Shown one piece after another: positions 22,144 through 33,728 of a DNA stretch of 64,000 nt. Position 1 is the stretch's first letter. The number at the start of each line of letters is the position of its first letter. The notes below the pieces were generated by a model. That model saw nothing but the letters and a program-made list of their open reading frames with translations. It had not been told where the DNA came from and did not search any database. The position numbers and the translations under genes are program-made. Source of the DNA: Vezdaea acicularis (taxonomy: Eukaryota); NCBI GenBank assembly GCA_026025075.1, contig JAPEUI010000006.1:62001-126000 (forward strand). Reading direction: 5' to 3'.

Positions 22144-23784
22144 TTAACTCGCGGCCTTTGCCCTGCCCTTGCCCTTGCCCTTGCTACCCTCGAAATCCTT
22201 GACTCTCCGATTTTTATGCGTTTGCATCTGCTTATATGTCGCAAAGAGGACGGCTACATCCTTCAACACCACGAACAGACATCCGCCCACAATACTCCTT
22301 CCCCACCTCTGAGACAGAAACCCACCGAACTTTCCACCCTGTCGTGCTGGAGCGAGCCAAGATCTTGGAAGAGTGAGATTAAGCAATGTTCCCATTCCAG
22401 CAGAGACCGTAGGGAAAAGGAGAGCTCCAATGAGGAGATCAGTATATCGTAGGCTGTACATCACCATAGGATGCTGATGGTTGATGGGTCCATTCGGAGG
22501 AGGGTTGTTGGCGGCTTGAGGGATTGCTTGAGGAGCTGCGTTCTCGGCGTTGGGTAAATCTTCAGCATGCTGATCAGCGGCAGCGTCAGGCTGAGCTGGT
22601 TGAGCTAGTGGGGCGGCGCCTGCAAACGCCGCAGGCGGCTCTACGACATCCTCATGGTCTGAATCTGGCTCATCGTTTATCACGACTTCGATGTCTAGCC
22701 CGACTCCATCCTCTTCCTCTTGCCCCTCGCCACCCCATGCTGCCGCAGCAATTGCTTGGATGTCTGCTTGTTCTTCTCCCTCCTGCCCTTCTCTAGCCTC
22801 ATCTCGTCCCGCCCGTGGCAGCTGTGAAGCAACCCAGTGCAACTCCCGACGAGCAAAGACGTTCATGTAGAGATGGTTGTAGGTTGCTCGGACATATGGT
22901 AAGAGGGCAAAAGATAGAGCGGCGTCAGGAGGCCAGCGTGGAATGTTCCCGGCACCGCCATCCAAAGCTCGTGTTGCGAAGAAGAGGAGTGGAAGCGCAG
23001 GAAGGATAGGTTCTGCCACATCCGTCCTGGAAAGGATTAGTGCAACAGGAATCAGAGGTAACCCGATGATGGTTCTCCAAGCCCGCACTATATCTCTTGG
23101 CCTAGCTCCAGGGAGCGTACCAGCCCGAATATCTAGGATCCTTTCCGCGTCTTCCCTTCCGAATATCTGGTAGATTGTCTTGACACCGTGATACGTAGCT
23201 CCAGCCCATATGCAGCCTCCGGCGATGATGATAAGGGTGGGTATGACAGCATACCGCCCTATTCGGTCTACAATCTCTGCAATATCGACGACTATGCTGG
23301 GCTCCCGAATAACGATTATCTCGGACTTGCACTGGGGGCAGAGCATCTTCCCGTGTGTGCCCTTCCGCTTGCGGCTCAGAGGGTTTTGTTCGGAGGCGAT
23401 CCAATCCAAGAGGCAATCCTCATGAGCGGTAAGAGCGCATGGGCAGGGCGAGCGCCATTCAGAGGTCGTAGGCGTATCTTCAGTCTCGTCAGAGAAGCAA
23501 ATCCAGCATTTCCGAGGTTCATCGTCAGTGTCTGCATTTATTGCTGTAGCGATAGCGTCTTGACTTTGCTCAGGCTTTGAAGTATCAGCTTGCTCTGAAA
23601 GCTCGCGATGAAGTTGTGAATGAGGTGCTGGGGAGGAGTTGGTAGTTGCTGAGGTCGTAAATTGAGGGCTTCTAGAAGCTGAAGTGTCTAGTGTAGCTAA
23701 TTCTTGCGGCGGCGTACTAGGTATGGGTGAAGATTGGGGCTTCGCCGTTGAAGACCCAGATGCCGGGATTGCTTGCGAAGACAT
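22144..23784 (-). CDS. RING-CH (RINGv) membrane E3 ubiquitin ligase, MARCH5-like
   Basis: CWIC...WRSPCPCALTAHEDCLLDW...CPQC followed by several TM segments and RSIVGGCLFVVLKD. Confidence 0.88.
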   Translation of the reverse strand: MSSQAIPASGSSTAKPQSSPIPSTPPQELATLDTSASRSPQFTTSATTNSSPAPHSQLHRELSEQADTSKPEQSQDAIATAINADTDDEPRKCWICFSDETEDTPTTSEWRSPCPCALTAHEDCLLDWIASEQNPLSRKRKGTHGKMLCPQCKSEIIVIREPSIVVDIAEIVDRIGRYAVIPTLIIIAGGCIWAGATYHGVKTIYQIFGREDAERILDIRAGTLPGARPRDIVRAWRTIIGLPLIPVALILSRTDVAEPILPALPLLFFATRALDGGAGNIPRWPPDAALSFALLPYVRATYNHLYMNVFARRELHWVASQLPRAGRDEAREGQEGEEQADIQAIAAAAWGGEGQEEEDGVGLDIEVVINDEPDSDHEDVVEPPAAFAGAAPLAQPAQPDAAADQHAEDLPNAENAAPQAIPQAANNPPPNGPINHQHPMVMYSLRYTDLLIGALLFPTVSAGMGTLLNLTLPRSWLAPARQGGKFGGFLSQRWGRSIVGGCLFVVLKDVAVLFATYKQMQTHKNRRVKDFEGSKGKGKGRAKAAS

Positions 23785-24365
23785 TTTGTGAAAGGGTCTT
23801 TCTTACAGCTCGGGCACTTCTAGACAGAACGCATGATTTGATCCTATAGCTCGAATGTCGTTGGCTGGGTCATGCCTCATGGGTCGAGCGTAGCCACAGT
23901 GGAGCACAATCATTGTCATACGCGATCAAACCATGTTAGCGATCAGGACCATTAACAACCTGTGCCTATCAATAATATTCGGCACTCTGTTTTCAGCCGG
24001 ATTCAAATTGATTAGACTAGCTACGCTAGTCATAAGCTCTTTCATTTATTCCTCTCAAAAAAAGGCCTCCACGTCTTCTGAGACTACAATTATGACTTCC
24101 GCCTGGCCCCAATACTCGATCATAAACCCCTGACCATTTACTAGAGATGAACCGCAAATCAACTATTTCGCACTTTTAAATCTTAGCCCGTTATTCAAAA
24201 AGATAAATCTGCTTCTCTTAACACTTGTTTCTGAAAGATCATTGTTAGGCTTCGGTCTACTCGTCGTTTTCATACCTATTTGGCCGGCGGTGAACTTATT
24301 GTTTCCGAATATCCTGGTGTACTTCCATCAGAGATACCAGGGCGCACTGAAATATTCATGAGAAG

Positions 24366-26717
24366 ATGTCAGAAGTAACACCTACGCGGAGGTCCGGTCG
24401 TAAACGACAGCGGACCCGCTACACACTTGATGCCTTCGAAGGCCATGACATGCTAATGGATTCAAGTGCGAGCGATGAAGGTGCCAGAGAGAATGAGTCG
24501 GACGACGACGATGAATTCAAACCACCCGCCGACGTTGAAGTTATGGAAAATGACGAAGATGAGCTACTGGACGACGGCGAAGCCCTCGCAGACTCCAATG
24601 AAGACGATGGCCCAGGGGAAGACGAAGATATAGATGAAGCAGAGAAAGACGGTTCGATGTACGGGCGGCGGCGCGAAGACCCTTTGGAAGGATCACGAGC
24701 TCGAGATGCAATGATTCCCGAGCGAGATATGAGGGATGTACCAGTCTTCGAGACGGCGGCGCCTGGGGCAAATCTTCGTATGGCAATGCCTTCTTATCGG
24801 CTTGTCAGGGATCTTGGGCCGAGCACAGGAAAATACCACAGAATCAGTACTCTCTTTGGTACTGAATTTATGGATGTCGCACCCATCATTAGAGGAAGAG
24901 ATAAATGGGCTAATGTCCCGACATTTCCGACACGGGAAGCGGATGAAAATGGCGTGGGAGGATTAAGGTATAGCTTCTTCAACGACGATTCTTCGCAGCT
25001 GCCACTCACAGATCACACAAAGTGGGAGTGGTATAGTGACGCTGTGGACGACACACATGGGTTGGAGGATGTAACTGAAGAAATAGGCCGAAGCTATCTT
25101 CCACGACAGTCTCATCAGAAGTTGCCTCTGCTGGTCGGCCCAAGCTCGAACCAAACCATGTGTCATCTTGGCGCATATGAGTCGCTCTACTGCGGCCAAG
25201 CTTTCGAGTCGAACCACGACGCCGATGCAGAAGAGCGTCCAGATATCAGCTGGATATTCAACGCGGGGGAAAAGGTACAGTCTATGGACTGGGCGCCGCC
25301 TCTGCTAGGGGAGGTGGATCAAGAAGATCAATATGTCGCAATATCAACGCTTCCAGATGACCCCGTGGCGTTAGACCAGAACGGTGTTCCATTGCCCAAC
25401 CAGCAGTCAGCCTTTAAGCCATCTCCGCCTTCGCGTGCGGCGATTCAGATCTGGAGAATTTCATCCACTGGTCAGGCAACCTCCAAGGCATGTGCAAAGC
25501 TTCACCAAGTCGTATGCACAGACTGGGGCCCAATCATGAAACTCAAATGGTGCCCCGTACCCAGGGAAACGGGAAGCCGGCTCCTTGCTATAATCTCTGC
25601 AGATGGCTACATCCGTATCCTCGCTCTTCATCCCGAGTCTTCAAACCGTGCTCCAAGTACAACCTACATCAAAGTCCACGCTCCAATATTCTCCGCTCGC
25701 CCCCCAAACACAATCTGCACGTCTCTAGCCTGGCTCTCTACCAGCGACATCGCCGCAGGGCACGCCAACGGCTTTGTCTCAGTCTGGGACATCGCCAGCG
25801 CCCTAACCTCCCCGAAAGACCCCCCCCCCACCGCCGAAGCCGCCGCAGCCACCACCGCCAGCACTCCAACCGCCAAAACAGCCTCCACCCCTCCCCCCCC
25901 AAACCCACGCCCCTACTTCCACCAACCCCTCCACCAAACCTACATCCACGACCTCCAATCCGGCTACCCCTCCCGCCCCACCCTGCTCATCAGCTGTTCC
26001 ATGGACGGCTACCTCCGCGCGACCCTCCTGCCCCTCTCCGCCCTCGACCCCGTATCCAGCAGCGTCCTCTCCCAACGCTCCCGCATGGCTCCCTCCGCCA
26101 TCGCCTGGTGCGACGCCCTCCAATCCGTGCTCGCCCTCGGCGAAGACCTGAATATCAAAGCCCACCCCATCCGCCGCTTCTACAGTAGCGTGCAGGTTGG
26201 CAAAGTGGGTTGCGCGGCTGGAGCGCTGGCAGTGGGGGCGTGTAGCCCCATACTGCTGGTTGGGGGCCTGGATGGGAAGGTCCTGGGTCTGAATCCCCTG
26301 AGGAGGATGTTTGGGGGGAAGAACGCGGTGGGGTGGGGGCAGGTTTGGTTTGCGCATGAGTGGGCGAGGGGGGTCAGCAAGGCCGAGCGTGGTGCTGATG
26401 GAGATACCGCCGAGGAAGCAGAAGTGCAGAGGGCTGATGAGCACGATGATACCAATCCCGACAGTGCAGAAGCAGACAAAACAGAGCGAGTCCCCCCCAC
26501 CCCCACCCCTCCTCCGGGGATAGTCCGCATCCTCGACGGATTCAAACTCCTCCCCACGCCCTCCCCCCCCACCAAAAACGGCGTCCTCCTCGCCACCATC
26601 TACGAAGACCGCACCGCCGTCCGGGCTCTAGCCTGGAACCCCGACATCAAGTATGGAGGATGGGCCGCGGCGGGGATGGGGAGTGGACTCGTTAGGGTTC
26701 AGGATTTGGCGTTGTAG
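24366..26717 (+). CDS. TFC6: TFIIIC WD40 subunit (Tfc6/Sfc6-like)
   Basis: 783-aa ORF with acidic N-terminus and WD-like repeats (SMDWAP, LKWCP, VSVWDI, LAWNP), ending GWAAAGMGSGLVRVQDLAL. Confidence 0.8.
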   Translation: MSEVTPTRRSGRKRQRTRYTLDAFEGHDMLMDSSASDEGARENESDDDDEFKPPADVEVMENDEDELLDDGEALADSNEDDGPGEDEDIDEAEKDGSMYGRRREDPLEGSRARDAMIPERDMRDVPVFETAAPGANLRMAMPSYRLVRDLGPSTGKYHRISTLFGTEFMDVAPIIRGRDKWANVPTFPTREADENGVGGLRYSFFNDDSSQLPLTDHTKWEWYSDAVDDTHGLEDVTEEIGRSYLPRQSHQKLPLLVGPSSNQTMCHLGAYESLYCGQAFESNHDADAEERPDISWIFNAGEKVQSMDWAPPLLGEVDQEDQYVAISTLPDDPVALDQNGVPLPNQQSAFKPSPPSRAAIQIWRISSTGQATSKACAKLHQVVCTDWGPIMKLKWCPVPRETGSRLLAIISADGYIRILALHPESSNRAPSTTYIKVHAPIFSARPPNTICTSLAWLSTSDIAAGHANGFVSVWDIASALTSPKDPPPTAEAAAATTASTPTAKTASTPPPPNPRPYFHQPLHQTYIHDLQSGYPSRPTLLISCSMDGYLRATLLPLSALDPVSSSVLSQRSRMAPSAIAWCDALQSVLALGEDLNIKAHPIRRFYSSVQVGKVGCAAGALAVGACSPILLVGGLDGKVLGLNPLRRMFGGKNAVGWGQVWFAHEWARGVSKAERGADGDTAEEAEVQRADEHDDTNPDSAEADKTERVPPTPTPPPGIVRILDGFKLLPTPSPPTKNGVLLATIYEDRTAVRALAWNPDIKYGGWAAAGMGSGLVRVQDLAL

Positions 26718-27663
26718 AAAGCTGCGGCCTTGATACGTCTTGTAATATCGGTCAGACGGATAGAAAGCGCGAGTCCGCATTACCCCCCAATTTCCGCGAG
26801 GGGGTGCGAGGATTAGGAGGATAGGCAGAGTCCTAGTGTCGCGGTGATAGTTGTACTTAGTCTCATCATGGAAGCATAGGAGATGGGAGAACATCTCGCC
26901 AGTCCAGAAGTCAGGGAAAGAAGTTAGGGAGGGGGGTGGGGGGGCTATCACAAACACTTCCCCGGACCAAGCACAAGAACCCACACAAGAAAATCACACC
27001 AGAAAATCACAATAAAAACTTGATATTCTATGCTCTACTTCAGAATGTCGTGATTGCCTAAAAGCCCGATCCCGATTCCAACTTACCATATCATTTGCCA
27101 TTTCCTTGTGCTAGCCAGGTTATTTTGTTCCGCGACGGGAGGAGGGTTAGGAGGCAGATGACTAAAAAGCCGCCCTTTCCCTCTCCCAAAAAAGAAAAAG
27201 ATATGCAGCGGTCACCAGCAGTAGCAGTAGTAGTAGCAGCACAAAGACGTATAGTGGGGGCCACCACACAGCCCGTAGCCTCAAGCTATTTTGTTTTCTT
27301 CCATCTCCAAATCCCCCCCAACTACAACCACCACCGCCGCTACCTCCTTTCACTTACCCGAGGATCGGCGACCGCTCCGAAAACGCGGCGCACGAGCAAG
27401 GAAGAAGAAAGTGTGACTTGAATGAATGAATCTAAAGGAGGAATCCAGGATAAGCGAGTCTCCCCACACGACGGCCTAGGATTATGTACAAGGAGTACAG
27501 GATTACGCAGCAGTAGTAGCAGCGGGAGGTGAGGAGGCCATAAAAGGAACCGGCATCTTTCTTTGGAGGAGGAAGTGGAAGAGGTGGAAGAGGAAAGTAG
27601 TGGAGAGAAGTGGTACAGAGGAGCGGGATGATGTGTGTAATGAGTAGTACACGAGGAATGGAA

Positions 27664-29475
27664 TTACCAAGCAGGCGGCGGTCTCCTCTCCCTTTCATAT
27701 TCATACGGCGCTGGACGCGGCGGGCGATGCCCTGGCGACCGATCGCGCTCCGGATATGGTGGGTAGCCGCTCGACGCATACGGCTCGCGGTAGGGGTCGC
27801 GTGGACGGGCGTAGTAGGGGTCATCGTAGCCGCGGCCGGGACGTGGTGGGTAGGGGTCGCCGTATGGCTCTCGTTCATAGCCTCGACGGTAGTATTCATC
27901 GCGGCGAGGAGGGGAGCGTGCGCGGTAAGGGTCGCGGGGTGGGGGGGTGTAGCCACGGCGGCGATCGTAGCCTTCCGGAGGGGGGTAGCGGCCGCGAGGT
28001 GAGCGAGAGCGACGGCGAGGATATTCGCGGGTGGTGGGTTCGGAGATCTAGCGGACGATCTAGTTAGCGGGAGGGCGTCCGGTCACTCAAGTGAGAAAAA
28101 GCTTACCTGAGCGACGCAGGTGACGGTAGTGTCCTTGAAGTCGGTGTTGTTGAGTTTTTCAATCGCCGTCATCAGGTCTGCTTCAGTCTCGAACTCGACG
28201 TAGCTATATCTTGTTAGGAACTCATAAGATGACCTGGCTGAGATGAAAAACTGACCCCTTGTCACGCTCGCGGCCAGTTTCTGAATAGACGACGTCAACT
28301 CCGCCCCTGCGAGCAAAGTCTTTCAAGTCCTATGAGTCCAGTTTTAGTCCACATCCGGTTTCCATAGACCCCACTCGGCGGACGATTCCAAAGGCAGGAA
28401 ATATACAAAAGCCAGAGTCATATTTTCCAAAAGAGCATGAGAACATGAGGAAGGAAGACCAAGCCACTGGCAACCATAAAGTACCTCCAGCTTCAAGCAG
28501 ACCAATCTAGGGGGAACATGAGAGGGCACCAATTTTAGGACATGACCCTAAGCCAGCCAGCGCCAAAATGGCGCTCGTCTGAGGACCGAGGAGTACTCGT
28601 CCAACAAGTAACCATATGATCCTAGTCTGAATATATGTGCGTGTATATATACATATATATACGCCGGCTTCTATGAAGTGGCTTTCGCCGATGGGGCAAA
28701 CAGGGTTTGAAGAGCGGCCTTAAGAGTCCAGTGAAGGGAAGAGGTACCGACCTGCCAAGAAGTTTCCGTGGGAAGATTTGAGATTTCCATCCTGTACTTT
28801 GTACGCCTCGGACGAGGGGGGCCACGTTCAGAAGCACCATTTGGGGCGGGGTCGCGGTGAGGTTTGCTACCGCGGGCGAACTGAACGGTAAGCCGTTCAC
28901 CCAGAAGTGTGGACCCGTCTTTGTCCAATCATATGATGTTAGCGATGTACAGACAAGTAGTAAACGAGGCTATGGAGCGTAAGGCACGTACGGAAGGCTG
29001 AGAAAACACATGTCAGCACGCGATCAGTCGAGTAGGGCTGGGTGTGAAAGACTTACCGGGCACCACATCCCTCGCGTCCATAGCATCGGCATACTCAATA
29101 AAGCCGAAGCCACTCATGAGCTTGATCTCCTTGATCTCGCCGGTGCCATGCTGTTCGAAGTGTGCACGCACATCTTCTTTTGTAGCTTCGCAAATATTAG
29201 TATGAAAAAGTCATGAGAATTGACGATGAAGGTAGTTGCCAACGCGATGACGTGAGAGAGGAAAATAACACGAGAGGAAGAAAATAAATAATATCCATGT
29301 ATGAAAATGATGCAGAGAGGCCCAATATGATAGGGAGACAGCTCCTCGGTACCAAATATCTGGTGTGGCACCCCCCATTCGACGCGTTGGTGAAGTGAAA
29401 AGTCTTTAAAAACATACCTTCTCTGTTGAGATTGCCTAAGTAGAGTCTCGTATCGGACACAGTCCCCGAAGCCAT
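27664..29475 (-). CDS. SR splicing factor (RRM + pseudo-RRM + RS/RD domain), Srp2/SRSF4-6-like
   Basis: TRLYLGNL, GFGFIEY, DVVP|AF|HGSTLLGERLTVQFARG, SWQ|DLKDFAR pseudo-RRM motif, RS-rich tail ending PPPAW*. Six exons. Confidence 0.92.
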
Positions 29476-31121
29476 TCTTCTGATCTACGTTATTAAAGAG
29501 GCGACTAGCTCCTAAACCTCTAAAAGGGATAATTTGAGGCCGGATATCGGATTATATATGTTAGGCACACTACAAGTGATGTCGAAGACACAATTGTTCG
29601 CGAGGCTGACGAGGAAATAGGGCGAACGCGGGAAAACCCCTAGCAACCGCTTGCGAACCCTTGCTCAAATCACGCACAGGCTGCAAGCCGCGAGCGCTTC
29701 CTGTCGCAGCTCCAGGCAGGACGCTTGGAGATATTAGGGGTATTGGTGTAGTAGTTAGGTAGAAAACGACTGGTCAGACAGATCGAGGAGGCATTTCTGC
29801 GAACGTTCGCTTTCGATGTTGAAGGCTGGCGAAGTGGGTATGGTCTGCCTTTCTGTTGGTCGCCTCATTCTTTCCTGCAGTTGGGCGAGCTTTATGTGGG
29901 ACAGCCGAGTGGGGCGTAAGCCTAACCTCATCGGGCAACCCCCTTCGCTCACGTGATGCCATATTTGATATCTTCGAGCCATAGAGCATTGTTCCAGTTC
30001 TGAGGCGGATCCTCCTAATGATCCAATCCAACAAGGAAACCCCTGATACTGCAACCCTTCCGCGGCTACCGCATGCCACTCGAGAGTGGGGTTCCGCTAG
30101 CCTACATGAATGAGTTACCTGATAACCACTACTCCAAAGCCAACCTCCACCTTTAAACCCGACCGAAAACGGAGTACCACGCGCCGGACAAATTCCACCA
30201 CCCGCAAGGCTGATATCAAAAACATTCTTTAGCACATAGCATCGCCCGGCTCTCAGCGGCTCAAAGTGGAGCCAGCCCCTCCCCGTCTTGCTTTTTATAG
30301 GAGGGGGGGGCCGACGCAAGCAGCTTACCGCCGGCGCCCCGCGAAAGGCATGCGCCGCTTAAGACAATAATCCATAGGGCTAAACAACCGAGCGGCGCAT
30401 AGGATGCCCGAGACATATTGTGTATGCGCAGGACTCGTGCTGTGAAGAGGCTGTGGGGGGCAATGGGGGCTCTAGAGCTTCTACGTAGCTGAGCAGTTTG
30501 AAACAGATTCACCATAGCCCTTCCATCCCAGCGTATCATCGTGATGTATTCCGCAAACCCTAAACCCGCCAGCTTCGTCTCAGCTATCCAAGCCTTTTCC
30601 ACAGCCCACTAGCCGTGCCTTCCAACGTCCGAAGTAGGTCCGGTTTGTACTTCAATGAAAACGCTGTGTTCGTCTAGACGGGCCAGCTTCGTCGTCAACA
30701 CTGCTGCCTGCAGCGTCCATAAACTTTATTACCAGTGCTCTCCGGCTTCTGGTTCTGCTGCCTATCGTTATCTTCAGCTGTATTGCTAGTGTTTCAAGTG
30801 CTGCTGCTGCGTTGATGCCTATAAAATCCTCACCGCCAACCGTCTTCCGTACGTGCAATGCGGTGTAGTGCAATATGTACTGGCCAGGCGTGAATAACTT
30901 CTCGAGGCGTCTCCTTCGTAATGGGTCTATGCCTGCTATGGAGCGTAGAACAGCTCAATTCCCAACCGTTGAGAGGTTCTTACTGTACAGATAACTCCGG
31001 CTGAGCAGGCAGTGCCTATCCCGTATCCTCATCGGCCCGATACGGCGTTCTCGTATCGCCGGTGGTATTTTTGACATGCCCGATACTCAAATTCGGAAGC
31101 GAGTTATAGCAGGCGAAGCTC

Positions 31122-33205
31122 TTAAGTCAAGCTGTACTTCGGCCCCTCTCCGCCTTGCGGCGTCTGCCAATTGATGTCCTGGTCGGGGACCTTGATATCG
31201 CAGGTTTTGCAATGGATGCAACTAACAGGTGCAAAGACGCACACAAAATTAGCATTCTCCCAACCCATGAACCTAAAAAGCCCAAAAAACCCCCAACCCA
31301 GAAAGTGGAAAATGAGAAGAAACACATCGATACTTACTTCTGTGCATTAACCTGAAACCTGACGCCAACATCTTTACTCGCGTCCTCGATGTACTCATAC
31401 ACGCCCGCCGGGCAAAACCGATTCTCCACCCCTCGATACTTCGGCCACTCCATACTCGCATGGCGGTCCCAGTCCTTAACCTGCAGATGCACCGGCTGAT
31501 CCTCTTCGTGATTCGTACCCGTCCGACTAACACTCGTAAGAATATCAAAGCTGATCTTACCATCCGGCTTGTCGTATTCAATCTTGGGACACTCATCCGC
31601 GAGCTTCGTGGCCGCCGCGTCCGTCCGGCCATGGCGCAGCGTCCAGGGGACTCTGCCACGCAGCAAGTAAGCTTCAAGGCCGGAGTAGGCGATGCCGCCG
31701 TAGAGCTTGAGCGGAGAGTGGAAGGAGGGCCGCATGTTGCGGACGGCTTTCAACTCAGTCCAGATGGAGGACTGGCGTAGCGCGGTTTCATAGTCGTAGA
31801 GGAAGATGGTGCCGTCGTCGCTGTTCTTGGTGATGGCGTCGTAGGCGGCTTCGGCGGCGAGCATGCCAGAGCGCATAGCCGTGTGCGTGCCTTTGATCTT
31901 CGGGACGTTCAGGAAGCCGGCTGTGTCCCCGATCAGGGCACCGCCGGGAAAGGCACATTTTGGTATTGACTGGAAACCGCCTTCGTTAAGGGCGCGCGCG
32001 CCGTATGAGATGCACTTTCCACCCTCGATGACGTCCTTGTATAGGGGGTGGTGCTTCATCTTCTGGAACTCCATATAGGGGTTCAACCATGGATTCGGGT
32101 AGTCCAGCCCCACGACGAGTCCCAGACTGACCAGATTGTCGCCAAAGTGATACATCCAGCCGCCCCCATAGGTGTCGCTTGGGAGCGGATAGCCCATCGA
32201 ATGCACGACCTGACCCTTCTGGAACTTCTCCGGGGAAACCTCCCACACCTCCTTGATGCCAAGCCCGTACGTCTGCGGCTGCGACTCGCTCCGCAGATCG
32301 AACTTCTTGACGACCTGTTTCGTCAAGCTGCCATGACAGCCCTCCGCGAACAGCGTCAGCCGCGCGTGGAACTCCATGCCCCGCTCAAAGGTCTCCTTAC
32401 GCTTCCCGCTTCGGCTGACGCCCAGATCATTCGTCGCTACGCCCTTGACGCTCCCGTCGGGTCTATACACAACCTCGGACGCCGCGAAGCCGGGGTATAG
32501 CTCGACCTCCAACTCCTCCGCTCTCTCCCCAAGCCACTTCGTGAACTGATTCAGACTGACGATGAAATTGCCGTGATTATTCATCTGGGGCGGGGCCGGG
32601 ATGGGCCAGGCTCTGTTCTTCGTCAAGAAACGCATCTTGTCGCCCGTCGCGGGCGTCGCATGCTGAAAGCGGGTCTCGCTGTCTGCCTGGTTCCATTCCG
32701 GAATCAGGTCGTCGATGGCGGACGGCTCAATGACGGCGCCGGATAGGATGTGTGCCCCTATCTCACCGGCTTTCTCAAGGAGCACAACGCGGAAGTCTGG
32801 GTTGCCCGCTTCGAGGGCGAGTTGGCGAAGACGAATGGCGGCGCTGAGACCAGCGGGGCCTACGGGAACGGATGTTAGAAGAGGGGGTTTGTTTGATAGT
32901 ACCCGGGGAAAAGGGAGGGGGAAGTATATACCGCCGCCTACGATGCAGACGTCCACTTGATCGCTTTCGCGGTCAAGCTGTGCGGGGTCGAAACTATCGT
33001 CGACATCCGCGAAGCGCCGCTTTGCCGTGCTGGCAAAGGCTCGCCGTTGACTTAATGCCACCCGTAAGATATTCGGCAATCGTGACGCACATCTCCGGCG
33101 CGCTGGGGAAAACCGTGTATTCAACGTTGCAGATACTCTGGCTGAACACGGCGCGACGCTTGATGTGCGCCGTAATAAGGGTAATAAGGAGTTTCTAGAA
33201 GCCAT
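31122..33205 (-). CDS. CIR2: Electron transfer flavoprotein-ubiquinone oxidoreductase (ETF-QO)
   Basis: DVCIVGG|GPAGLSAAIRL, HILSGAVIEP, GFLNVPKIKGTHTAM, RFCPAGVYEY and last exon CIHCKTCDIK (4Fe-4S). Confidence 0.96.
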
Positions 33206-33728
33206 TGTTATGAAAGAGGAAAGTGGATGAGGGGGAGGGAGAAGAAATGCACGGTTAGCATATGGAACTCGGAAAAACATGAGATGGAAAAGCAAGAAGT
33301 GCTCAGCCGAGGTGCAAATGTGCTCCGACTGAAAGCGTTCGCTTGGGAGCCAATCATTGGCAGGGGGGGGGTTTAGGTAGCATAGCGAGCTCCCCGAGCT
33401 CACCCCTCCTCCCACAGCCTATCGCACTCTGCATCACCGCCAAGGTCACAATTGAACAAATACTTTCAAAAGAGTGGATATCGTTCGTTCATTTGCTCGA
33501 TGGTGCCATCTATCGCACACGTATAGCAATATCATGATGTATCAAGAGGAGGGCAACAGCCAGCGCAAACCCCCCGCCATCCGTTGCCCGCTGCAAGCAA
33601 AAGTGCGGGGCAAGCTCTATCAAATTCAGCCAGCCAGCCTCCCTCACCCCAAAGCCTCTATGCTCTTTAAAGATTCAGCAATTGCAGCACGTTTTAAAAC
33701 ATCTCCAGCTCTCTCTATATACCCTCCC

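Noticed and set aside
29755..31080. ORFs between the SR gene and ETF-QO, including a possible spliced minus-strand gene from about 31077
   Set aside because: No recognisable domain and mostly non-ATG starts; I cannot support a gene call without expression data.
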